The notes beneath the pieces are model-generated. The model was not told where the DNA came from, searched no databases, and worked only from the letters and a program-made list of their open reading frames with translations. The position numbers were made by a program, and so were the translations under genes. 64,000 nt of DNA from positions 71,631 through 135,630 of the forward strand of contig JANRLF010000006.1 of assembly GCA_033762815.1 (NCBI GenBank). Reading direction: 5' to 3'. Numbering within the stretch: the first letter of the stretch is position 1; each line of letters opens with the position of its first letter. The DNA comes from Chitinophagales bacterium. Its GTDB lineage: Bacteria > Bacteroidota > Bacteroidia > Chitinophagales > CAIOSU01. This document shows positions 48,656-57,828 of the stretch, piece by piece.

Positions 48656-48886
48656 ATGCTAGCTGCCCTGAACATACGATTTGAAGCACGCAACATGTTC
48701 ATCGAACTGAACGATGGCCGTATAGTTTCCGCTTCCGTTGACAACTACCCCAACTTGAGTAAAGGCACGCCTGAACAATGGAAAAAATATGAACTATGGA
48801 ACGAAGGGCAATGGATTCATTGGGAAGAATTGGATGAAGACCTTTCCGTTGAGGGATTTCTGAAAATGGACAATGAGGCCGCTTAG
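48656..48886 (+). CDS. DUF2442 domain protein
   Basis: LNDGR...YPNL...IHWEELDEDLSVEG signature. Confidence 0.9.
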   Translation: MLAALNIRFEARNMFIELNDGRIVSASVDNYPNLSKGTPEQWKKYELWNEGQWIHWEELDEDLSVEGFLKMDNEAA

Positions 48887-48966
48887 GTGGGTTTGGTAAG
48901 GCGACAAGAGGTGCCGTCTAGCCTAAGGCAAGACAGCATGTCGAAAATATTAATGGGATGGGTCTT

Positions 48967-49211
48967 GGTGAGCGGAGTCGAACCAAAGCGATGGCCTGCG
49001 CTCCGGTTCGACTTCGCTCACCGAGACGGCTTACTCCCCCGTTCGCATAGATTAGCGCAGCGTATCTACGTGAAATAGGCATGGTAGCTTTCAGCTACTC
49101 AAAGCTAAGGATTGGTAATCCCACGTTGTGCGTAGATTAGCGAAGCCGAATGAAGACAGCAAACCGTTTCTTTCGACTCCCCCTACTGGCTTAAGTCTTT
49201 GATTTAAGCCT
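48967..49211. repeat. Cluster of REP-like palindromes
   Basis: GGTGAGCGGAGTCGAACC...GGTTCGACTTCGCTCACC; TTCGCATAGAT...ATCTACGTGAA; GGCTTAAGTC-TTT-GATTTAAGCC. Confidence 0.7.
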
Positions 49212-49326
49212 ACCAATAAAATAAAGTGTACAACTTCTTTACCACCGCCCTGAAATGTTATCACTAGTTTTAAACCCGCGCCAGCTAGCGGTCTTTTACA
49301 GCATCATTTGAGAAGAATAGGGCTTT

Positions 49327-50736
49327 TCAGCGAATGTTAATTTCGGGCACCGCTACTTGGTAATGTTGGGCAATGGTAAACAAAATTCTCCCGTATACGG
49401 CATAATAGCCCCGATGGTAATCTTTGTATTTTTCCGAAAGCGTGGTGTTCAATTCCGTTTTCCTGACAAATGCCGCCACCATTTGGTAAAAGAAACCATA
49501 GTTGCTGTTTTCCAGGCCTAAGCCTTTGCTGCGTAAGTATCGTAGGTTTTTCCTTGATAGTGTCAGCACAAACTCTTCATCTCCAGCTAATGCAAAAGCT
49601 GCAATTTGCAAGTTGCGCAGTTCCACTTCATATTGAACGTAAAGGTCCTTTTTGTTAAATCCTTGGGCCAATTGCACATACTCCAAAGCCTTATCGCCTT
49701 CTTTTAGCAATATATGGTACTTGGCATAGGAAATAGCGGCCAAGGTGAGCAGTGTGGTATGCTTGCTATCAATCACCCTTTTCATTTTTGTGGAGAGTAC
49801 CGCATATGCCGCCTCATACCTACCGGTAATTAATGAAAGCTGTATGAATTTAGTGTGGTGGTAGTGCTCCTGCAATACAAGCGAGTCAGGTGGATAGGAC
49901 TTGAATATTTCACCGTACATGGCCTGGGCCTCTGAATACTCGCTCAGGGCATACAAAGCCTCGGCAATTCGGCACCTGCTAACAAATACCTCATCATCAT
50001 TGAATGGATGCTCAGGGTACTCAAACAATCGCAGCGACTTCTTCAGCCATTCCAAACTAATCTCAGGTTCAAATTCAACGTCGTTGTAGTACAAGGAATA
50101 GGCTCTGTTAAGGTAATAGTGCGCTCTGAGGCATGGCAGGGAAGAGCTGTAGATATTGCGCTCAATCTTTTGTAGCTGTGCTAGGGGGTTCTTTATCTTG
50201 TCTGGTAAGATGCCTGCACTTTGGCAGTATAAAAAAGTGGCCAGCATCATGGCTTCGGTATACAAATCCGTTTCCGGGTTTTGCGATACTTGGCGCAATT
50301 TCTTGGCATAATATCGCACCAGCTTTTCGTCAATGAACTTTAAGGGCACCCGTTGAGCAGCCTCAAAACACACTGCATAAAACTCGATTTTATCTGCTTT
50401 GGGAAGGTTTCCGATTTTCTTTTCCATTAATTTCATTTCATGGAAAAGGTTGGCCATTAATACTTTTTTAAGCAGCCACTTTATCAAATGCAAGCCCCCC
50501 TCGGGCACGAGGCATTCACAGATTTGGTTGCAAAGAATCGAATTGAGCTTAAAGAGTGTCCCCTCCGTTACCCCTATTTCCTGTCTAGCCCTGTCTACCT
50601 CCTGCACATAGGGTTGATGCCTGTTTTGCCAAGTCCATTCCAACAAAAGCTTGGCTTTGCCTTTAATTTCCAAGGAATTGATTTGCCCATATTCCTCGGC
50701 GGTCAATGATTTTGTCAGTTCCGCTAAATATCGCAT
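49327..50736 (-). CDS. Hypothetical all-helical (TPR-like) protein
   Basis: 469-aa ORF with helical repeat patterns and no catalytic motif recognised. Confidence 0.75.
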   Translation of the reverse strand: MRYLAELTKSLTAEEYGQINSLEIKGKAKLLLEWTWQNRHQPYVQEVDRARQEIGVTEGTLFKLNSILCNQICECLVPEGGLHLIKWLLKKVLMANLFHEMKLMEKKIGNLPKADKIEFYAVCFEAAQRVPLKFIDEKLVRYYAKKLRQVSQNPETDLYTEAMMLATFLYCQSAGILPDKIKNPLAQLQKIERNIYSSSLPCLRAHYYLNRAYSLYYNDVEFEPEISLEWLKKSLRLFEYPEHPFNDDEVFVSRCRIAEALYALSEYSEAQAMYGEIFKSYPPDSLVLQEHYHHTKFIQLSLITGRYEAAYAVLSTKMKRVIDSKHTTLLTLAAISYAKYHILLKEGDKALEYVQLAQGFNKKDLYVQYEVELRNLQIAAFALAGDEEFVLTLSRKNLRYLRSKGLGLENSNYGFFYQMVAAFVRKTELNTTLSEKYKDYHRGYYAVYGRILFTIAQHYQVAVPEINIR

Positions 50737-50801
50737 ATCCCTTGTTGTTCCGAAATCCTAGAACGCAAATAGCGAAATTCTTACTACAAGTGAAAGTCTT
50801 T

Positions 50802-52418
50802 TTAGAAATACCTTAGTCCTAACCAATCATCTACGTCCCTTTTCAAGGGCTTACCATCTACTTCCTTAATTACCCATTTATCTTTTGGGGCATGTACATT
50901 GTATTTGATTTGCACACCATTAGGGGTGGTGACCTGCCGTTTCAAGTCGAGTGAACTATTTGCGGCCTTCATTTTGTCAACTAAATTGGTAGTGCTCATA
51001 TTACTTTTATCAATAAACAATAGACTCACATTATCACCTGAATAGGTGAGCACTTTAAAATGCTGGCTTGGCTGGAAAACCTGCCAATTCCCTTCTCTGT
51101 ATATCGCTTGATATTGGGGTGGGATGTATATGGGCGAAGCTGCGCAGGCAAAATCTTTCCAAACGCCCGTATTGTTCCATTTGCCTATACTGCCTTTATC
51201 GCATAGCCTGAAACAGCTATCCACTGTCATGATGCCGTCATCAAGAATCAGCACTATTGGCCGTGGTATCAATTGCGAAGTTTTCCTTCGCTGTACGCCA
51301 CCTCCACTAATCAAGTAACCTTTACCGGCACTATAAAGCTCTGGCGACGAGCGGTATCCATGGCCAATGGTGACCATATAATCCTGCTTTTCTTCAAACA
51401 GCTTCGATATTTGTTCCTGCTTTAGCCGATATTTTAGGAGAGTGGCAAACACCGCAAAGTGCTCGTTTTTAAGGGCAGGTTTATCTTTTCGGTCAGGCAA
51501 CTGTATAGAGAGCAGGGTGGTAACGATACTGGTCATGGGGTCCTCGTCCATGCCTTTCAATTTCACCCGTTCCATCCTTCTTCGAAAGGGAGGGTACCGC
51601 CTAAAACGATAGCTGCCCATGGTATAGTCCTCCACTACTTTATCAAGCAATACTTCCGCTTCATAACGGATGGCGGGGCTTGCTGCAAAGGAATACAAGG
51701 TATTGATGGCCGTAAGGCTGTAGCCGCTATATGGCATGGAATTGAATTCATAAAAACCCCTTTCCTGCTTTTTGCGCAAATGCTGCAACAGCCATTGTTC
51801 CAAGCCATTTTTTTGATTGTCGAAAACCATGGCGGTATCACCCTTTTCAAACAAATATTGGTTGCGAAGGTAGCGGCTAATTTCGCCCATCAGTATATGG
51901 TTTTCCGTCTCCTGCATGGTTTTCAGGGTGCCAGGCATGCGTAGGTGAGGCTTGCCTCCGCTATGGGTTAGCAGCTTGGCCACTAGATGTTCTTGGGTAG
52001 CTGGGTAAAGTAAATCAGGCCTATCCTTCATGATATACAAAAGCCCTATCAAGCCTATTTCAGTAAAATCGTAATCACCATTTTTGTGCAATGCCCAATC
52101 GCTGCCGCTCCTGCCCCAAGGAGCGTTTTTGCTCAGCAAATATTGGTTCACGGCTGCTACCTCTTTGCCCTGTAACAGCTTGCATACCAGCACCCGGGGT
52201 ATCTCCACTTTGGCAGTAATGGCCCATTCCGGAAAAGGCCTTTCCGCATATTTTTTGATAAGTAGATTGGAGCTATCTATAGCGAAGCTTAGCTGGGCAT
52301 CTATTCCCGGATAAGTTTGTGGCTGCAGCGGTACTTTGTCATTCCACCGGGGCTCCATGATATAATAACCGCAAGAGGAAAAACCCACCATCAATAAAAG
52401 AAAGGCCAGTATGCGCAT
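50802..52418 (-). CDS. Hypothetical lipoprotein
   Basis: Lipobox FSSC; ETENHILM and FYEFNSMPY motifs. Confidence 0.75.
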   Translation of the reverse strand: MRILAFLLLMVGFSSCGYYIMEPRWNDKVPLQPQTYPGIDAQLSFAIDSSNLLIKKYAERPFPEWAITAKVEIPRVLVCKLLQGKEVAAVNQYLLSKNAPWGRSGSDWALHKNGDYDFTEIGLIGLLYIMKDRPDLLYPATQEHLVAKLLTHSGGKPHLRMPGTLKTMQETENHILMGEISRYLRNQYLFEKGDTAMVFDNQKNGLEQWLLQHLRKKQERGFYEFNSMPYSGYSLTAINTLYSFAASPAIRYEAEVLLDKVVEDYTMGSYRFRRYPPFRRRMERVKLKGMDEDPMTSIVTTLLSIQLPDRKDKPALKNEHFAVFATLLKYRLKQEQISKLFEEKQDYMVTIGHGYRSSPELYSAGKGYLISGGGVQRRKTSQLIPRPIVLILDDGIMTVDSCFRLCDKGSIGKWNNTGVWKDFACAASPIYIPPQYQAIYREGNWQVFQPSQHFKVLTYSGDNVSLLFIDKSNMSTTNLVDKMKAANSSLDLKRQVTTPNGVQIKYNVHAPKDKWVIKEVDGKPLKRDVDDWLGLRYF

Positions 52419-52445
52419 GGTTCAGTCCAAGAGGGATAGACCTTT

Positions 52446-52856
52446 TTAACTTACGGGATATTCCACAAAGTTCCTATCGGTTTCGTACAGTCGTACCAAT
52501 AAATCCAATTCAGGATCCAATCGCTTTCTGAGCAGATTGTAAATTACAATGGCTATGTGTTCGGCAGTAGGGTTAAGGTCTTTGAACTCCTCCGTATCAA
52601 GATTAAGATTCTTGTGGTCGAATCGCTCCATTACTTCCTCCTCAATCAGGTCTTTCAAAATTTTTAAATCAATGACATACCCTGTCTCGGGGTTAATTTC
52701 ACCGGTTACCTTTACTTCCAACTTATAATTGTGGCCATGGTAGCTGGGGTTGCTGCACAAGCCGAACACCGCAGCATTTTGCTCGTCAGTCCAGTCTTTG
52801 CGGTACAAGCGGTGGGCACTGTTAAATTGTGCTTTTCTAAAAACGGCTACTCTCAT
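52446..52856 (-). CDS. queD: 6-carboxytetrahydropterin synthase
   Basis: FNSAHRL, C...HGHNY, PTAE and ET motifs. Confidence 0.92.
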   Translation of the reverse strand: MRVAVFRKAQFNSAHRLYRKDWTDEQNAAVFGLCSNPSYHGHNYKLEVKVTGEINPETGYVIDLKILKDLIEEEVMERFDHKNLNLDTEEFKDLNPTAEHIAIVIYNLLRKRLDPELDLLVRLYETDRNFVEYPVS

Positions 52857-52937
52857 TCATCCATTACTTTAGGGTAGGTATAAAATTAGGCATATTAGCA
52901 GCAGGTTGGTTGCCTTGCTTTTCCTTATTTTTAAGCC

Positions 52938-53417
52938 ATGGATACAACTACCACGCTACATGCTTTCAGCCTATCGGGCTTAACTGGCGGCACTATCGAC
53001 TTTTCGGCATTTAAAGGCAAGAAAGTGCTCATCGTAAACACGGCATCATTCTGCGGCTACACGCCACAGTATAAGCAACTGAAGGAATTGCAAGAAGAGT
53101 TTAGCAACGTACTGGTAGTTGTGGGCGTGCCCTGTAACGATTTTGGCAATCAAGAACCGGATAGCGATGCGGAGATAGCTGCCTTTTGCGAGCGCAATTT
53201 CCAAGTCAATTTCCCCATGACTACCAAGGTAACGATAGTGGGTGATGCACAGCATCCATTATATCAATGGCTCACTTCCGCCAAACTCAACGGTGTGCAA
53301 GATGCTGAGGTTAAATGGAATTTCCATAAATTCCTGATAGACGAAAATGGCCATTTGATGGCTGATTTCCCCAGTTCCGTATCCCCTGTTTCGGAAGACA
53401 TTATCAATCTGCTGTAA
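52938..53417 (+). CDS. Glutathione peroxidase
   Basis: VNTASFCGYT, PCNDFGNQEP and WNFHKFL motifs. Confidence 0.95.
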   Translation: MDTTTTLHAFSLSGLTGGTIDFSAFKGKKVLIVNTASFCGYTPQYKQLKELQEEFSNVLVVVGVPCNDFGNQEPDSDAEIAAFCERNFQVNFPMTTKVTIVGDAQHPLYQWLTSAKLNGVQDAEVKWNFHKFLIDENGHLMADFPSSVSPVSEDIINLL

Positions 53418-53419
53418 AC

Positions 53420-54541
53420 ATGCTTTTTAGCGAGGTAATCGGTCAGGAGCGGTTGAAGGGACAGATGCTGCGCAGCATTGCTGAAGGCAGGGTAAGCCAT
53501 GCGCAATTGTTTCTTGGCCCTTTGGGGCATGGGGGCTTGCCCTTAGCACTTGCCTATGCCCAGTACCTCACCTGCACACAAAGGGAAGAGGGCGATGCCT
53601 GCGGCAAATGCTCCTCTTGCTCAAAGGCGGCCAAGCTCATCCACCCCGATATCCATTTTTCCTTTCCCTTTCCGGCAGTGGAGGGTAGGAAAATATGCGC
53701 TGAGTTTTTGCCAGAGTGGCGCGAGGCGGTCATTGCTTCACCGTACCTGAACCTGCACCAATGGTTGCTGAAATTCAATGCCGAAAACAAACAGGCCAAC
53801 ATTACGGCATCCGAATGCAGGGACATTATCCGCCGATTGAACCTTAGCGCCTTTGAATCGGCTTACAAAGTAATGATTATCTGGTTGCCCGAGTTTTTGG
53901 GCAAGGAAGGCAATACCCTTTTAAAAATACTGGAAGAACCGCCTGACAATACTGTTTTTCTGCTGGTAGCGGAGAAGCATGACCAAATGCTGAACACTAT
54001 CCTATCGCGTACCCAGATTACCAAAATTCCGGCATTAGACCATCCAGTGCTGGCCGCGGTGTTGGAAAATGAGCTGGCTTTGGATAGCGACAATGCACTT
54101 CGCATTGCCAGCTTAAGCAACGGCGATTACATAGAAGCCACTGCCTTGGCCCAGCATGCAGTGAACGAACAGGCAGGCATGTTTAGGGAATGGCTAGGCA
54201 TGATGCTATCCAAGCATGACCCCTTGGCACTGATCAACTGGATAGAAGGATTTGCAGCTATCGGCAGGGAAGGACAGAAAAATTTCTTTTCCTATGGCCT
54301 GTATCTATTGGAAGAAGCCTTGAGCATGTCAATCAGTGGTAGCGATTCCAATCGCCTTCAGCCTACGGAAGTGAAGGTGGCCAAAGCGATGAACCACCTG
54401 GTGGCCGACTTGATAAGCTTGCAAAAGCTCTATCAATTGTTCAACGATTCCAGCTACCATATTGAGCGGAATGCGCATCCTAAAATACTGATGCTCAATT
54501 TGTCATTGCAAGTCGCCCGCTTATTGGGTCGAAATGGTTAA
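53420..54541 (+). CDS. holB: DNA polymerase III subunit delta'
   Basis: HAQLF, CGKCSSC, HPD, LLKILEEPP and TILSR motifs. Confidence 0.93.
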   Translation: MLFSEVIGQERLKGQMLRSIAEGRVSHAQLFLGPLGHGGLPLALAYAQYLTCTQREEGDACGKCSSCSKAAKLIHPDIHFSFPFPAVEGRKICAEFLPEWREAVIASPYLNLHQWLLKFNAENKQANITASECRDIIRRLNLSAFESAYKVMIIWLPEFLGKEGNTLLKILEEPPDNTVFLLVAEKHDQMLNTILSRTQITKIPALDHPVLAAVLENELALDSDNALRIASLSNGDYIEATALAQHAVNEQAGMFREWLGMMLSKHDPLALINWIEGFAAIGREGQKNFFSYGLYLLEEALSMSISGSDSNRLQPTEVKVAKAMNHLVADLISLQKLYQLFNDSSYHIERNAHPKILMLNLSLQVARLLGRNG

Positions 54542-54567
54542 CTTTGAACAAAAACAGAGGAGAATAG

Positions 54568-55890
54568 ATGGCTTGTGCCGGATGCACTACGAGTGGTACT
54601 ACCCCCAAAGGCTGTGGAAGTAAGGGACACTGCGCCAGCGGTGCCTGCAATATGCTCAATACGTTCGACTGGCTGGCAGAGATGCCCATAGCCTTCGGCT
54701 CGGAGCAGGTATATGTGCATGAAATCAGCTTCCAAAAGGGCAGCAGAAAAGACTTTTTCAAAAACGACAAGAAGCTGGAAGTAGAAACCGGCGATTGGGT
54801 GGTGGTGGAAACCTCCATGGGCACCGATATAGGACAAATTACCTTATCGGGCGAGCTGGTAAAGCTGCAAATGCGCAAGAAAAAGGTGAAGGAGAAGCCG
54901 GCAGAACTTAGGAGCATCATTCGCAAGGCCGAGGAGCATGATTTTAAGGTGTGGGAGGAAGCAAAGGCCCTGGAAAAGGAAACCATGATAAGGGCCCGTG
55001 CGGTAGCCCGTAGCCTATCGTTGGATATGAAAGTGGGCCATGTGGAATATCAGGCCGATAAGAAAAAGGCTACTTTTTACTATACCGCCGATGATAGGGT
55101 CGATTTCAGGGAACTGATAAAGATATACGCCAAGGAGTTCAAGGTAAAAATCGAGATGCGCCAGATAGGTGCAAGGCAAGAAGCAGGCAAAATAGGCGGT
55201 ATAGGCTCTTGTGGCAGGGAATTGTGCTGCTCTACCTGGCTTACCGATTTTAAATCGGTTTCTACCAATGCCGCCCGCTACCAAAATCTGTCCATCAACA
55301 TGGCCAAGCTATCTGGCCAGTGCGGCCGGTTGAAATGCTGCCTCAACTATGAGCTGGATACCTATATGGACGCGCTTCAAGATTTCCCGAAGAAAGCGGA
55401 CAAGATAGATACGGAAAATGGCAAGGCATTCCTACAGAAAACCGACATTCTGCAAAGGCTCATGTGGTACACGTACGAAGATTCGTCCAACTTCTATCCA
55501 CTTAGTGTCGAGAAGGTGAAAGAGATTTTGGAGATGAACGAGGCGGGAAAGCCTGCACCTCCCTTAGGATATATCGCCGTACATACAGCGGAAGAAGAGG
55601 AGGAAGTGGCCGTGGATTATGAAGATACTGTGGGACATATTACCCTGGCAGCCCTTGAGAAAACCGGTAAAAAGAAAAAGCGGAAGAATAAAAATAAGAA
55701 CCGCCCCCAAGGGGAAGGCACTTCACAAAATGCCCAACAAAGAACCACTGCCAATAACAGCCCCAACCAACCGCAACAGCAACAGCAACAAGGGCAGGGC
55801 AATAACCAACAGCGGCAAGGGGCTGGCGGAGGAAACCGTCGCAATAAAAACCGCAACCGTAACCGCGGGCCAAAACCACAGGGTTCATGA
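54568..55890 (+). CDS. ricT: RicT/PSP1 domain protein with a disordered C-terminal tail
   Basis: RVDFRELIK, CGRELCC and GQCGRLKCCL motifs; downstream of holB. Confidence 0.93.
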   Translation: MACAGCTTSGTTPKGCGSKGHCASGACNMLNTFDWLAEMPIAFGSEQVYVHEISFQKGSRKDFFKNDKKLEVETGDWVVVETSMGTDIGQITLSGELVKLQMRKKKVKEKPAELRSIIRKAEEHDFKVWEEAKALEKETMIRARAVARSLSLDMKVGHVEYQADKKKATFYYTADDRVDFRELIKIYAKEFKVKIEMRQIGARQEAGKIGGIGSCGRELCCSTWLTDFKSVSTNAARYQNLSINMAKLSGQCGRLKCCLNYELDTYMDALQDFPKKADKIDTENGKAFLQKTDILQRLMWYTYEDSSNFYPLSVEKVKEILEMNEAGKPAPPLGYIAVHTAEEEEEVAVDYEDTVGHITLAALEKTGKKKKRKNKNKNRPQGEGTSQNAQQRTTANNSPNQPQQQQQQGQGNNQQRQGAGGGNRRNKNRNRNRGPKPQGS

Positions 55891-56360
55891 AATTCTTAGT
55901 CCATACTATTTTCCTTTTGGGCTTAGTGCTTTTGTCTGGGTGCAACCCTAACGTGGTTTTCGAAAAAAACCAAGAGATAGAAAAGTACGTTTGGAATAAG
56001 AACAAACCTGTTGTATTAAGTACTACTATTGAGGACACCACCTTGCGCTACAACATTTCCGTCAATATCCGCCATGCCAACTTCTATGAATATAGCAACC
56101 TATGGATGATGGTATATACTACTTTCCCTGATGGAAAGAAGTTGCACCAGCGTATTGAATTTCAATTGGCTGAAACCAGTGGTAAGTGGCAAGGGGATTG
56201 CACGGGCGATATTTGCGACATTAACTTGCCCATACAGCAAAATGCCCGATTCGAACAGCCGGGAAAATACACCTTCGAATTTGAACAGATTATGCGCCAG
56301 GATTTGCTACCGGGCATAATGGCAGTAGGCTTGAAAATAGAGAAGCTTCCGAAGAAATAA
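55887..56360 (+). CDS. gldH: Gliding motility lipoprotein GldH
   Basis: Lipobox LSGC; YEYSNLW, G.W.G, EQIMR and VGL motifs; follows ricT. Confidence 0.9.
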   Translation: MKFLVHTIFLLGLVLLSGCNPNVVFEKNQEIEKYVWNKNKPVVLSTTIEDTTLRYNISVNIRHANFYEYSNLWMMVYTTFPDGKKLHQRIEFQLAETSGKWQGDCTGDICDINLPIQQNARFEQPGKYTFEFEQIMRQDLLPGIMAVGLKIEKLPKK

Positions 56361-57140
56361 TCAATTCCCTTTAAATGCTGCTTTGCGCTTTTCAAGAAAA
56401 GCACTTACGCCCTCTTTGTAATCATTGGTGCGGCCTGCAATGTCTTGGCAATAGGCTTCGTATTGCAACATAGCCTCCAAATCGTTGTTCAAGCCCTTAT
56501 ACACCATCTTCTTTATCAAGCCAATGGCTTTGGTGGGCGCAGCGGCATAATAATCGGTGTACCCTTTTACGGCTTCATCCAGTTGCTCCGCTGGCACGGC
56601 CTTATTTACCAAACCCATATCGGCTGCCTCTTTCCCTTTCACCCTAGTGCCCATGGTTGCTAGTTCAAAAGCCTTTAAAGAGCCCAACATTTTCGGCAAG
56701 AAAAACGAGGAGCCGGAATCCAACACCAAGCCGATATTGATAAACACCTCTATCAAGGTAGCTTCTTCGGAGGCTACGATTACATCGCAAGCCAAGGCTA
56801 AAGAGCAGCCAGCACCCGCCGCAACACCGTTCAAGCGGCATACAACAGGCTTTGCCAAATTGCGGATACCCAATATCAAGGGATTGTACCTTTTCTTGAT
56901 GGATTCAGAAAAACTACGGTTCTCCACTCCCGATGCCGCTTTTAAGTCTTGGCCCGAACAAAACGCCTTGCCCGCACCGGTCAACACTACCACCCTTACG
57001 GAATCATCCTTTGCCACTTCCTTAAAAGCGGCCTGTAGCTCGTAGGTCATTTCATCGTTCAGGGCATTGTAAACTTCAGGGCGGTTCATGGTAATGGTAG
57101 CCACGCCAGCCTCAACGGTATAAAGCAAGGTATTGTACAT
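56361..57140 (-). CDS. Enoyl-CoA hydratase/isomerase (PaaG-like)
   Basis: AFCSGQDL, NGVAAGAG and EGVSAFLEKR motifs. Confidence 0.92.
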   Translation of the reverse strand: MYNTLLYTVEAGVATITMNRPEVYNALNDEMTYELQAAFKEVAKDDSVRVVVLTGAGKAFCSGQDLKAASGVENRSFSESIKKRYNPLILGIRNLAKPVVCRLNGVAAGAGCSLALACDVIVASEEATLIEVFINIGLVLDSGSSFFLPKMLGSLKAFELATMGTRVKGKEAADMGLVNKAVPAEQLDEAVKGYTDYYAAAPTKAIGLIKKMVYKGLNNDLEAMLQYEAYCQDIAGRTNDYKEGVSAFLEKRKAAFKGN

Positions 57141-57144
57141 AGGG

Positions 57145-57828
57145 TTAGTTTAGCAAGTATCTATAAGCAATCATTTGTGACAGCACGCCAATCATGTAGC
57201 CGCTATAAATATCGCGCGAACGATGGGCTTTCAAATATAAGCGGGCCGAACCAATTAAACCAGCCAACAACATGACGGAGGCAAAGGCCCACTCCATATT
57301 ATAATTGGACAATAGCGTCACTACCAAGGCCACGGCCACAAAATTGCCCGCTGCCACGGAATGGATACTGATTTTATAAAAATTATTGAGAAAGAAAGCC
57401 ATAAAGATGGAAATGGCCCCTCCCAACATAATTTTATTGAACAACTCCCCTATGGCCAAATTGCGGATGACCATAAAAGTCCAGAAATAGAATACGGACA
57501 TGGCGATATATGGTATAATCCGTTCACGTTGGGTACGGAGTTGTAGGCTATTGGCAAAGCCCAATTGTTTCATCAATAGGATAGTAACCAAAGGGTAAAT
57601 TACCGTATTGGTAACCAATACCACCACTACCTGCATGTAAGCCACCCTGCCTAAATGCGCAAACAAAAAGGGATACCCTTTATCAATAAAAAAGAAAATA
57701 TAGAGGGTCATGAACAAGGGGTGGAACACATAAGAGATGACCACCGCCAAGGTATGCAATACCCCCTTGCGACTAGGAACTGGCTTTACTTCTTTTTCTG
57801 CTTCAGGAATATCTATGGGCTCTGTCAT
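57145..57828 (-). CDS. PAP2-like membrane protein
   Basis: FHPL, KISIH and ARLYLKAH motifs. Confidence 0.75.
   Translation of the reverse strand: MTEPIDIPEAEKEVKPVPSRKGVLHTLAVVISYVFHPLFMTLYIFFFIDKGYPFLFAHLGRVAYMQVVVVLVTNTVIYPLVTILLMKQLGFANSLQLRTQRERIIPYIAMSVFYFWTFMVIRNLAIGELFNKIMLGGAISIFMAFFLNNFYKISIHSVAAGNFVAVALVVTLLSNYNMEWAFASVMLLAGLIGSARLYLKAHRSRDIYSGYMIGVLSQMIAYRYLLN

Noticed and set aside
48887-49078. 63-aa ORF
   Set aside because: It runs through REP-like palindromes and has no protein-like features.
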